Source of the DNA: a virus
Virus record (IMG/VR): IMGVR_UViG_3300047562_004403
Span: 1-64,000 of that record
Length of the DNA stretch: 64,000 bases
Strand: one strand, 5' to 3'
Shown here: in pieces, positions 9,728 to 19,503 of the stretch
Numbering within the stretch: position 1 is the stretch's first letter
Layout: the number at the start of each line of letters is the position of its first letter
The notes under the pieces: generated by a model
Seen by the model: only the letters and a program-made list of their open reading frames with translations
Told to the model about the DNA's origin: nothing
The model's database searches: none
Position numbers and translations under genes: made by a program

Positions 9728-12700
9728 ATGGCTAAATATCGTATTAAAGCTCAAAAAACCGGACCAAGAACTTACGAAAAAGAATTACAAATGATTAGTT
9801 ATCGGGGAAGTTCCCTCTTCTCCGATGAAGGAAATACGCTTATCTCTTCTAAAAAAGTATACTATCCACCGGATTATTTATCAAAGGGCGGCGTTTCTGT
9901 GGTAATGGATTCGGAATCTTATAATAAAGATGGTTTGTCTGTTGCCAATAAATTTAGCCGCGGAAGGCCTGCGGCTCTTCCCATCGAGGAGCAATTTAGA
10001 GAAGAAAGTGAAGTAAGTAGAACTCTTCTTGGAATTGATAGAGCGGAAGTTCAACAAGGTATTTTTGATGACGTTAGTTCCTATGGTCTCGATCGTAAAG
10101 ACTGGGTGGTTTACGCTGGATGGACAGAAGATGGCCAAGCAGAACATTGGGATAGAAAAAACTCCCCAGCGGGTCGATATAGAGCAGCAACTGATTTTGA
10201 CTATGCAGAAGGCTCTTCGATTGTCATTACAACATATCCCACTCCGTACGTAAATCCAGGAAATGAACCTGTAAACAGGAGATTACGAGGTCTTTCTGGT
10301 CGTCCTGGCGTAAACTGGGGAAAATATCTTCAGTCTATTATCGCCATGTATATTATCGAATACATGGTTAATAATTTTAATCCAGAACAAAAAGCAGAAT
10401 TTAAACTAAATTTTCTGGAACGTAAATATCCTAAAACGTCTGATGGAAAATTTGATAGACTTTATTGGGATCAAATTTGGCTGGATATTGATCAAGGTAG
10501 GTTTGAAGTATCGTCTAATATTCCCATTATACCGCAAGGTAAACTCGTAAATATGGGGTTTGATGAAGAAGAGGATAACACAATTAATCTTGCAGAGCTT
10601 CTCGGACTTAATGAAATTGATAATCCTACATTAATAAATTTAAATGTAGACTACGAAAACATTTTCTTTGCTACTACGCGATACGTATGGAAAGAGCCTG
10701 ATAAGGGTCATTATGTGATTGCTACAAATAATAATCCTGATTTGTGGTTAGAATATTGGGGAATTAATTATGATGATGATCTTCCTGATGAGATTAAAAA
10801 TTGGGAATTTCAAGTATATGCATCAGAAACTGAAATCCCTCAATTTGTAATTGATTATAAACTTCCATATTTTCTTATTACATCTTTGATTCCTTCTGAA
10901 TCTTTAATTTTTGGGGAAAGTTGGCCGCAACGTTTTTCTGATATATCAATTCCTCAAATCTCTAACGCCATAGCAGATGGGAACATAATAGGTGCCAGAG
11001 AATCACGATGGGCTGTTATTAATCTAACTTCTATAAGAGCATTCAGATATCAACCCGGTAGAATTTCTGCATTTACATATGGTGTTAGAATTTCTGAAGA
11101 AGGAGCCGGGCCGGGCGCAACTCTTGAATGGGGTGTTGAGAATTTCACAGATGGTTATTTTTTCCGTTTGCAAGATGGAACAGACTTTTCTATTGTACGA
11201 AGATCAACAATACCATTAGGACTAACCCCGCTCTTTATAGAAGCAGGATATGAGGAACGGGAAGGATATATATCTCAGTTGACTGGAGTTGTATCTTATT
11301 CCGATTTAATTACAGACTCAGAACGAATATCTCTTGAGGAAAAAGTCCAAGCTGGAGAAATAACAAAAATTTATGAGACTGTAATTCAACAAAATCAAAT
11401 GAATGGAGACGGATTAAATAGCCAAGGAGATAGTGGTTATATCTTTAATCCAGATACTGTGACAATGTACAAAATCGAGTTCGGATGGTATGGTGCCATT
11501 GGGGCCCGGTTTTACATGTACATCCCGCAATCCAGCGGAGAGTCCCGTTGGGTAACAGTTCATACGTTAGTGATTGAAAATCAACTTGGTCAACCTTGTT
11601 TAGAGGATCCGTTCTTTTTCTTTAAGTACAGAAATTATGTCGATAGTCCAAGCAGGATCCGACTTCCTCAGTTTGTAGAAAAATACGGCGCGTCATATTA
11701 CATCGATGGAGGGGACGAAGGAACGGTTAGCATTTCTACAGGTAAAGCTACAAATAGAAAAATTTTTTCTATAGATTCGGACTCTATAACAGTTCCAATT
11801 CGTAGATGGTCTACTGTGTTAGGTTTAAAACCAAAGCAATTTATCATAAATAATGACGGAAATGTTTTTCAAAGTAAAAAAGAAATTTTTCCCGTATCCG
11901 CTTCAATAACTTCTACTCAACCCATAGAAATTAAATTAATTAATCAGTATGCTTGTCAGGAAAATGCCTATACCTTCCAAGAAGGTTATGTATGTAGTCT
12001 TCCAGAAAAACAAAGACTACGTGGGATTTTTACTATTAAGCCTATTGAGCAAAATGCAGATGCACTAGCAGCGCTTGGCAGAGACGAAAATAATCCGGTT
12101 CCTACATTAACATACGTAGAAGATGACACGTCTTATCCAGAATCTATAGGAAATCTTAAACCCGATGGAACATTTAGCTGGACTGCGTATAATAACGCTT
12201 TACTTGGAGCGCATATTATTGGAGATAAAACGTACGGTGCTTATGTTAATCCAACGCAACAATATTCCTCCTCGGCCGGTGGCATAAGTAGTTTGACAAC
12301 GATCTTATCAAGATCGACTAGAGATAATGTATTTACTGGCCCTAGTAGAAATAGGCCTTGGGTTGATGCCGAATTATTATTCAGATATAAAGATAATATT
12401 CCATTAAAACTTTCTCCCTATAGAAAAGATACTACTCTCCTTTCTACAATCGAGATTAATTCAGATGAGTTTTATCTACTTTTTACAAATAGAACTCGTG
12501 GCGGTGATGATGATTATACTGCAAAATGCGATGGTTCAGCGATTTTTGGATGTGATGGTTCACATGTAGGTGATTTTCAAATTGGAATTGTATGGCCTAC
12601 TGCTACTCCATCTACTAATTTTCCTCTATCACAAATTTCTCCTTCTAGGAGTTCAAATAAATTTGGAATTATTGATCCTAATGATACTAATGACCGATCA

Positions 12701-13966
12701 TTAAATAACAATGAAGTTGAAGTATTAGAAGATAGCGATTTAGGAGTTTATTATGTTAAAGATAAAAAAATTCCTGACTCTGATAACTATCGTTATTATG
12801 AGGGATTACCCATTGATTTTGAAAGCCCTCAATTAAATGGTAATATTCTTGTGACAAATCAAGTAGGAGAAGTAATTTACGACCCGTCTGGTTTTGAAGT
12901 TTATGAAGGAGTGCGGTATAATTTTCTTGGAGAGGTGGATGATCAATTTCCTAATGTGCCCGGGCTTGATGCGGGACAATGTCATGCTATTTATGGAAGA
13001 GTTGGAGAGGTAAGTAGATTAGCTACTTGGACCACAACAAATTCTTTAGGTGAACCAACGACCGGAATATATTATCTATCAAGTTCTACTAGTTGGCCTT
13101 CAGATTTATGGAATGGCAGTAATCAACTATCGGTAGAAAGTGATGATGGAACCGTGGTAAATGTTGCTACTATAGATGGTGGAGAACAAGAACAATACAC
13201 TCCTCCTGGATCGTCTGTTAGAAGATTTCTTTTACCTGTAACCATGGTACCTGGAAACTCCCCTCTATTAGATGGTGTTTCTGTTATTGCTAAGTATCGT
13301 GGAATTGCTCTTTATCAGCCAAATTTACTACGCCCTGATGCTGCAATATTGGCACAAAGAGTGGCCGTGGGAATTAATATTTTTCCACTTAGATTTTTTA
13401 TAAGGATGAGGGAAGGAGCAAAAATTGGAGCAGTTAGCGTTGGCCAAGTAACAGCAAATGGTATTATTCAGTCGCCATTTACGCCCCATGGATCAGTACT
13501 TAGCGTAAATAATATCGATGGCGAGCCCGATCTTCATAATGGTGGATCTAATGATGAAGAAAAAGCTGCTACTAAATCTCTTATTGCCTTTAGTGAACCT
13601 AATACGATAACTTCTAATGAATATTCATATTTTGACGTTCAACTTGGGACTAATAATGGAGTAGATCGACGTAAAAAATGTCCTAGTTTTATAAGTAATA
13701 ATATTTTATCTGGCGCTGGATTTTCTGGGGTTGGAGACTATCCTCTTCGTTGGTTGAAGTTTAAAGAATCAGGAGAACCATTAGCTTCATTTTTTATCTC
13801 TGAAAATAAACCGACAGAACTTAATCTTTCTAGTATATTTGGGATTAATACTGAATCAATTGGTCCTAGTTTTTGGGGTAATAAATCGCTCTTTATGATA
13901 GCAAGAAATCTCTCCTCTGGAGCAGAAGGCAAAATGTCTGTAACTCTTAACTACAAAGAACAATAA
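9728..13966 (+). CDS. large virion/tail protein (paralogue of 6596-9721)
   Basis: 1412 aa; FRYQPGRIS, KIEFGWYGA, KYGASYYIDGGD. Confidence 0.7.
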   Translation: MAKYRIKAQKTGPRTYEKELQMISYRGSSLFSDEGNTLISSKKVYYPPDYLSKGGVSVVMDSESYNKDGLSVANKFSRGRPAALPIEEQFREESEVSRTLLGIDRAEVQQGIFDDVSSYGLDRKDWVVYAGWTEDGQAEHWDRKNSPAGRYRAATDFDYAEGSSIVITTYPTPYVNPGNEPVNRRLRGLSGRPGVNWGKYLQSIIAMYIIEYMVNNFNPEQKAEFKLNFLERKYPKTSDGKFDRLYWDQIWLDIDQGRFEVSSNIPIIPQGKLVNMGFDEEEDNTINLAELLGLNEIDNPTLINLNVDYENIFFATTRYVWKEPDKGHYVIATNNNPDLWLEYWGINYDDDLPDEIKNWEFQVYASETEIPQFVIDYKLPYFLITSLIPSESLIFGESWPQRFSDISIPQISNAIADGNIIGARESRWAVINLTSIRAFRYQPGRISAFTYGVRISEEGAGPGATLEWGVENFTDGYFFRLQDGTDFSIVRRSTIPLGLTPLFIEAGYEEREGYISQLTGVVSYSDLITDSERISLEEKVQAGEITKIYETVIQQNQMNGDGLNSQGDSGYIFNPDTVTMYKIEFGWYGAIGARFYMYIPQSSGESRWVTVHTLVIENQLGQPCLEDPFFFFKYRNYVDSPSRIRLPQFVEKYGASYYIDGGDEGTVSISTGKATNRKIFSIDSDSITVPIRRWSTVLGLKPKQFIINNDGNVFQSKKEIFPVSASITSTQPIEIKLINQYACQENAYTFQEGYVCSLPEKQRLRGIFTIKPIEQNADALAALGRDENNPVPTLTYVEDDTSYPESIGNLKPDGTFSWTAYNNALLGAHIIGDKTYGAYVNPTQQYSSSAGGISSLTTILSRSTRDNVFTGPSRNRPWVDAELLFRYKDNIPLKLSPYRKDTTLLSTIEINSDEFYLLFTNRTRGGDDDYTAKCDGSAIFGCDGSHVGDFQIGIVWPTATPSTNFPLSQISPSRSSNKFGIIDPNDTNDRSLNNNEVEVLEDSDLGVYYVKDKKIPDSDNYRYYEGLPIDFESPQLNGNILVTNQVGEVIYDPSGFEVYEGVRYNFLGEVDDQFPNVPGLDAGQCHAIYGRVGEVSRLATWTTTNSLGEPTTGIYYLSSSTSWPSDLWNGSNQLSVESDDGTVVNVATIDGGEQEQYTPPGSSVRRFLLPVTMVPGNSPLLDGVSVIAKYRGIALYQPNLLRPDAAILAQRVAVGINIFPLRFFIRMREGAKIGAVSVGQVTANGIIQSPFTPHGSVLSVNNIDGEPDLHNGGSNDEEKAATKSLIAFSEPNTITSNEYSYFDVQLGTNNGVDRRKKCPSFISNNILSGAGFSGVGDYPLRWLKFKESGEPLASFFISENKPTELNLSSIFGINTESIGPSFWGNKSLFMIARNLSSGAEGKMSVTLNYKEQ

Positions 13967-16900
13967 TGGCGGAATTTTTTAAATTTATTAAACAAAATCG
14001 ACCGGATATTGGTCTAGTAGATAATTACGATCTCAGTGAAATATATGATAGAGACGAGAGATTTGCCCTTTCCAATCTTCTTTTAGACCCAGATGGTTTA
14101 GATCAAATTTATGGTTTATCAGAAGATGTATCCGCAGAAGATATCAGAACTGTCGGTGGTTTAGATAAACCGGTTATATATTCTCTTGCTATCTCTGAAT
14201 CAACACTCAATAGCGTATCTTTTGATTTATCCAAGCATATAACCACGGATAAAGCAGTCGGGGATCCCGGTAGACATTCTTATGACTCTAATAATCAATC
14301 AGATAATATCATTGTTTTTCATGGGGGAATAGCAGCCAACAAAATTGAGTATCAATTTCTTGACGAAAAAGGAGAACTCAAAAGAACCACTGTTTCTACC
14401 TCCAGGGAAAGTCTCTTTTCTTCTGAAGCAAATAACTCCGGTCAATATACATCGGCATCCTTTTCTGGTTTATTTAGAATCAGAAGAAGGTCTCATGTTA
14501 ATGAGATTAGATTAAGTCCTAATTTACTTGCTTCAAAGTCTAATGTAATTACCGAAAGTCCTACTCATTTACTCACAATTCCTGTGTATATGAGTACGCA
14601 ATTAAATTCTAATCCTTCTGTTACAAACCTTGAATGTTATGTAACTAAAAACTCACCGCTTATACTTCCGGTCAGAATCGGAAATAGTGCTAACGTAGTA
14701 ATTACTAGAGACAGTGCTACTTCTGATTCCCCGGCATTTGTATATGGTTGGGAATTAAAACTATATAGTGATAATTCTGTAATAAGATCTTCTTCTATTA
14801 ATTCAAATGGTGCAGTGACAGAAGTCTCTATTAATATCAATGTTGCTGGAACAGCAGCAAATAATACTGATTGCTTATTATATATTTATCTAGATCCGTC
14901 CGTTGTAAAAACAATTTCTCTTAGTGGTTTAGGAATGCAAGAAATTGCCGGACAAGATATAGGTTTAATTGGATTTGATAGTTTAGAAGAACTAAATATA
15001 AGTAATAATAGACTGTCTACTGTTCCAGTATGGATTAAAACACTTGATAATAAGCTTAAAAAACTTAATATTGATGGCAATCCGTACTGGAACGATGGAA
15101 TTATACAATATTTTGATTGGCAATCGCCTCCTGACGGGGTGACCGGTGCGAGTTCTTCAGGAGACGGAGACTTTACTAAAACATTTATGCAAGTAATGAG
15201 TTATAGTGGTAATAATAATTCTGGGATTATTAACGGATATGATGGAGAATATGCCACAGTACAAGATACATCAGGAAACCTTTATAAAAATCTTAGAAAA
15301 GACAAAACTATTACAGTAAATGCTATTAACGGGTTTAGAGTATTTGATTCTATAACTGAGCTTATTATAGGTTATATACGAATGGTTAATCCCGATTTCA
15401 CTAAAATTTTTCCAAAACTTAGTACTCTTGTTGCTAATGCTGATGGTGGTAGGCCTGCAATGATGTTCGGATTAATTCCAAAACTTAATAACGCCGAACA
15501 ACTTATGTCAATTTCTCTACCAGAGCAGGTAAGTGGTGGCGGATCTTTACGATATATGGGAGATACTATTACTTATACAGGAGCTTTATCATCAGATCAG
15601 AAAAAACAATTCATCGGTCAATTTAAAATTACCAATTTTAATATTAGATTAAATTATGACGGAGGTAGTAAGTGGTTTGGTGGAATTTGTACAACAAACG
15701 ATGATATTACATCCGGAGAAGTGAATAGTAGTCAGGTAGATGGCCTATATAAATACAGCTTTGTAGAGAGCGGATCAGCTTCTGATGCCTGGGCGGGTTG
15801 GTTAGAAAATTTAGGATCTTATGATGGGCAATCGCGAGATGTAGCCTTTAGAATTGCTTCAGGCGAAAATTTGGAATGGAAAAAACTACAAAATATAAAT
15901 CTTACTTGGGCTGGAATACCTGGGTCTGATAATAAAATTTTTTACAATAATAATGTTACTGGCGAAAATGCTGCGGACATTCTTAATGCTAAATCATTAA
16001 CAACGATAAACGCTTGGCGTAGTGGTTGGGCCGGAAAAATATTTTCTATTAAAAGTGCTCCAGAACTAAATTATCTTCAAATAGGGTATAATACCTGGGA
16101 AGGATATTCCGGTACTACCGGAGAACAATACATACTTCCCTCAAATTTTGTAGAACCAATTTCGGGAAATTCTAGTTCAAAATTACGTTCATTACTATTA
16201 CATAGTATTATTGGAGCATCATCAAAAAAACTAGAATTTAGATCCGATGATTTACAAAATCTTCCTAAACTATCCTATCTAGAACTCCGAGATTCTTACT
16301 TTGTTGGAAAATTCCCGACGGTCTATAACACTCCTAATAACCTTGTTTCTGGGGTTACATTAGGAATATACTTTAGAAATTGTAGATTTAGAAATCTTGA
16401 TGCTATGGGAAGTTCTACTAATAGAATAGGAGTAATTTGGGGTCCGGGTAATGGAACCGGAGTGGGTGGTAGTTTATTACCTAATTTTACTATTAGCGGT
16501 TCTGGTAATAATAACACTCTCGATTATATTAATTTAACTTCAAATCTTAGTTCTAATTACCCCTCAAGTTGGGGTGTTTCTAGTAAAAGAAATCGTCCTA
16601 TAGCTGCTCTTATAACCGGTTCGACAGAAACCACATCAGTCACCGAAGCAACTTGGACATCCAGAAATAATAATAATACAGCGAACGCAATATCAGATAA
16701 ATTATATCAAAGTGCTTCAGGTAGTTTTTCTATTAATACAAAAGTACTTGTAGGAGATATTGTTCTAAATGGTGGTAATGAATTGGGCGTAGTAACTCAA
16801 ATAGATAGCAATAATGAGTTTATTTATATTTCTGATAATGTTTCTATTTCTGGGGCAACTCTTTCATTCAAAAGAGCCGGGCAACAAATTGGTAAAGCCT

Positions 16901-17370
16901 ATTTAGATAATTATACTAATCTATCATCTGTTTATCTAAGAGGTAATAGAATTACAGGAGATTTACCTAGTTTTGTAAATTGTTATGATTTAGTTTGGAT
17001 GGACTTTTCGTATAATTTAATTAATAATTATAGCGTTGGAACACTTCAAAATATCACCGGGGCAGCTACAGGAAGAAATTCAACCCCCAGGCTTAGAAGT
17101 CTAAATCTGAGATTTAATCCGTTATCTGTAAATGCTATTCAAAGAATAATAGAAGACGCGTATGCTGTGGCTACATATTATTTTAATTTAAATTTAACAC
17201 CAAATTTTACTATCTATCTTTTTAATACTAAATATGATTCTAGTACAGATTCTTATATCAACTGGACTAGAGAAGAAATATTAAATACGTCCGAATTAGA
17301 AATAATTTTTAATCAGCTAGGTAGTGGTAACGCTTATTCTGGCGTAAATATTCAAATATTCGATAACTAA
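13966..17370 (+). CDS. leucine-rich-repeat-containing virion/tail protein
   Basis: LEELNISNNRLSTVP, LKKLNIDGNP, LSYLELRDSYFVGKFP, LSSVYLRGNRITGDLP, LRSLNLRFNPL. Confidence 0.7.
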   Translation: MAEFFKFIKQNRPDIGLVDNYDLSEIYDRDERFALSNLLLDPDGLDQIYGLSEDVSAEDIRTVGGLDKPVIYSLAISESTLNSVSFDLSKHITTDKAVGDPGRHSYDSNNQSDNIIVFHGGIAANKIEYQFLDEKGELKRTTVSTSRESLFSSEANNSGQYTSASFSGLFRIRRRSHVNEIRLSPNLLASKSNVITESPTHLLTIPVYMSTQLNSNPSVTNLECYVTKNSPLILPVRIGNSANVVITRDSATSDSPAFVYGWELKLYSDNSVIRSSSINSNGAVTEVSININVAGTAANNTDCLLYIYLDPSVVKTISLSGLGMQEIAGQDIGLIGFDSLEELNISNNRLSTVPVWIKTLDNKLKKLNIDGNPYWNDGIIQYFDWQSPPDGVTGASSSGDGDFTKTFMQVMSYSGNNNSGIINGYDGEYATVQDTSGNLYKNLRKDKTITVNAINGFRVFDSITELIIGYIRMVNPDFTKIFPKLSTLVANADGGRPAMMFGLIPKLNNAEQLMSISLPEQVSGGGSLRYMGDTITYTGALSSDQKKQFIGQFKITNFNIRLNYDGGSKWFGGICTTNDDITSGEVNSSQVDGLYKYSFVESGSASDAWAGWLENLGSYDGQSRDVAFRIASGENLEWKKLQNINLTWAGIPGSDNKIFYNNNVTGENAADILNAKSLTTINAWRSGWAGKIFSIKSAPELNYLQIGYNTWEGYSGTTGEQYILPSNFVEPISGNSSSKLRSLLLHSIIGASSKKLEFRSDDLQNLPKLSYLELRDSYFVGKFPTVYNTPNNLVSGVTLGIYFRNCRFRNLDAMGSSTNRIGVIWGPGNGTGVGGSLLPNFTISGSGNNNTLDYINLTSNLSSNYPSSWGVSSKRNRPIAALITGSTETTSVTEATWTSRNNNNTANAISDKLYQSASGSFSINTKVLVGDIVLNGGNELGVVTQIDSNNEFIYISDNVSISGATLSFKRAGQQIGKAYLDNYTNLSSVYLRGNRITGDLPSFVNCYDLVWMDFSYNLINNYSVGTLQNITGAATGRNSTPRLRSLNLRFNPLSVNAIQRIIEDAYAVATYYFNLNLTPNFTIYLFNTKYDSSTDSYINWTREEILNTSELEIIFNQLGSGNAYSGVNIQIFDN

Positions 17371-17388
17371 TAGGAGTAAAAACACGCC

Positions 17389-19503
17389 ATGGCAATTGGA
17401 TTATCGACCCGTAAAAATTTATCAGAATCAAATCTAAATCTAAAAACTGCTCTTCAGAAGTTATATGCTCCTGGAATAGAAGATGATCTTACTTTGTTTT
17501 CTTTATCATCCTCTATTGAATCAATATGTTTTTCAGGATTAGTAGATGACGAAAATGTTCAAATTACACGTGTAACTAAAGAAAAACTTCTCGCGTCCAG
17601 CGGACAAGTTTTAAATAGAACAAAATTCAATACAAAATATTTTACTTTTACCGACGACAACGAGGTATATTTTAAAGAATATACTATTCCAATCGGAACT
17701 AGTAGCGACGCCGAAGAGCCAATTTTCTCGAATTCTGGATCAATTCCTAACGTAAAAACATTGTCAGGAGGAGAAGGATTTTATTTTCTTGATTTTAATG
17801 ATGTTTCCTCTGATCTATGTAAAAAAATTGCTACTTGGACGGCTAGTTCATCAAATCAAATAACTATTACACTACAGAACCACGGATTTGTTGCTGGGCA
17901 ATCTTTGGAGCTTAGATTTAATAACACTGGTGGCGGTACAATTGCGAATTATGGTACATATGTGATAACGAGTGTCCCCACAGCAAATACATTCACCGTA
18001 ACGCATTCTACTGCTATAACTGGTAGTGGTAATGTTTTAGTCAAATTTTTAACATTTAAAATAGAAAATGTTGGTCTTAAAGGTACTAAGAGCGGAGCTA
18101 CAAACGCTAAAGCAACCGTCGAATTTATCTTAAAAGACCCTACAAACTTAAAAGGAACTTTAGCAACCTATACTAATACTGAAATAGGTACAGATCTGGG
18201 TAACGATCTTAATGATCTAGACTCAGAACTCCCCTTTGTGACAATTTCTTACGCAAATCATGGATTTGTAACAGGGGAGAGTATATATATTCAAATTCTT
18301 GAGGGGAGCGCAAAAAGCGCATATGTAAGTGTTACTAGAATTAATAATAATTCTTTTAAAGCAAAATTAATTTGCCCTTCTATAAATACGTCTCTCAGTT
18401 GCAAATTTTTTAAAGTACAAGAATTAACAAATTGGACCCCCAACACAGTAGAAAGATTTTCTGTATCATCAGTGACTATTACAGATGGCGGGACAAATTA
18501 CGTTATTCCAGAAAGTCTAACACTAATAGAAAGTAACGTTATCTTACAGTCAAATTTGCAAACATTAAAATTAAAAAAGCAGCCAGGTAAGTTTTTTTCA
18601 GAAAAGCCAGAATTTATCGTAACAGATTACTATAGATATCTTGTAAGGGGCTCGAGTAACACCGGATTTTATTTATATGACACGATAAAAGCAAAATATC
18701 TTTTCCTAGATCGCAATACGGCATCGGCTGGACTAACTAATGAACAAAAAATAGAGTTAAGAAGGGCGGATAATATCTATGTTGAAAATTTTCTTCAGTT
18801 TAAATATGCTCAATCTACAATATATCTAAATAACTATGAACCCACTCTTGGATCTATGGAGTCACTATTGGGTCAGCTTTCGCAAACGTCAATTACTGCT
18901 AGTTTTATAAAACAACGTTCCGCCGAAGCAATTCAAAACACACGCAGACCCATAGACGTAACATCTTCCGAAAATATTTTTGGATATAATTATAACATTT
19001 TTGAAGGGGGAGATGTTATTATTAAACAACGTGTGGTCCTAAGAGATCAGGACTATATTCTTAATCCCACAAACCCCGCTATTACAGGAGATAAATTACG
19101 TGATGAAGTAGATAGGTTTGTTTTAGCATCATCAGAAATTCGTGTTCCCGGATTATTTATTAAAGTTGGTAATGTTTATAAAAGAGCATTTTCTACATCA
19201 GATAAACCTTTTTACCAATCAACTAATTCCGGAATAGCTAATCCCCAACTTATTTCTGGTCAACCTGACTACGGTGCTTTGAGCGCTGAGAATACCGCAT
19301 CTGCCGATCCTACAACTTCAGATTGGTATTCATATAATGTTACCGTCTCAGAATTAGCGCAACGAATTCATACAAATGGTAAAGATGGTGCATTCTACTA
19401 CCATAGAACCACTAAACCAACTGTAACGTCAATTACTACAAAAAAAGGTACGGATCCTTCAGCGACTATTTATTCAGTTCCTCTATTTACTTTAGGTTCT
19501 TAA
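17389..19503 (+). CDS. tail-associated virion protein with repeated NHGF beta-barrel modules
   Basis: ITLQNHGFVAGQ and ISYANHGFVTGE repeats; ITDGGTNY motif; GGAG ribosome-binding site upstream. Confidence 0.6.
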   Translation: MAIGLSTRKNLSESNLNLKTALQKLYAPGIEDDLTLFSLSSSIESICFSGLVDDENVQITRVTKEKLLASSGQVLNRTKFNTKYFTFTDDNEVYFKEYTIPIGTSSDAEEPIFSNSGSIPNVKTLSGGEGFYFLDFNDVSSDLCKKIATWTASSSNQITITLQNHGFVAGQSLELRFNNTGGGTIANYGTYVITSVPTANTFTVTHSTAITGSGNVLVKFLTFKIENVGLKGTKSGATNAKATVEFILKDPTNLKGTLATYTNTEIGTDLGNDLNDLDSELPFVTISYANHGFVTGESIYIQILEGSAKSAYVSVTRINNNSFKAKLICPSINTSLSCKFFKVQELTNWTPNTVERFSVSSVTITDGGTNYVIPESLTLIESNVILQSNLQTLKLKKQPGKFFSEKPEFIVTDYYRYLVRGSSNTGFYLYDTIKAKYLFLDRNTASAGLTNEQKIELRRADNIYVENFLQFKYAQSTIYLNNYEPTLGSMESLLGQLSQTSITASFIKQRSAEAIQNTRRPIDVTSSENIFGYNYNIFEGGDVIIKQRVVLRDQDYILNPTNPAITGDKLRDEVDRFVLASSEIRVPGLFIKVGNVYKRAFSTSDKPFYQSTNSGIANPQLISGQPDYGALSAENTASADPTTSDWYSYNVTVSELAQRIHTNGKDGAFYYHRTTKPTVTSITTKKGTDPSATIYSVPLFTLGS

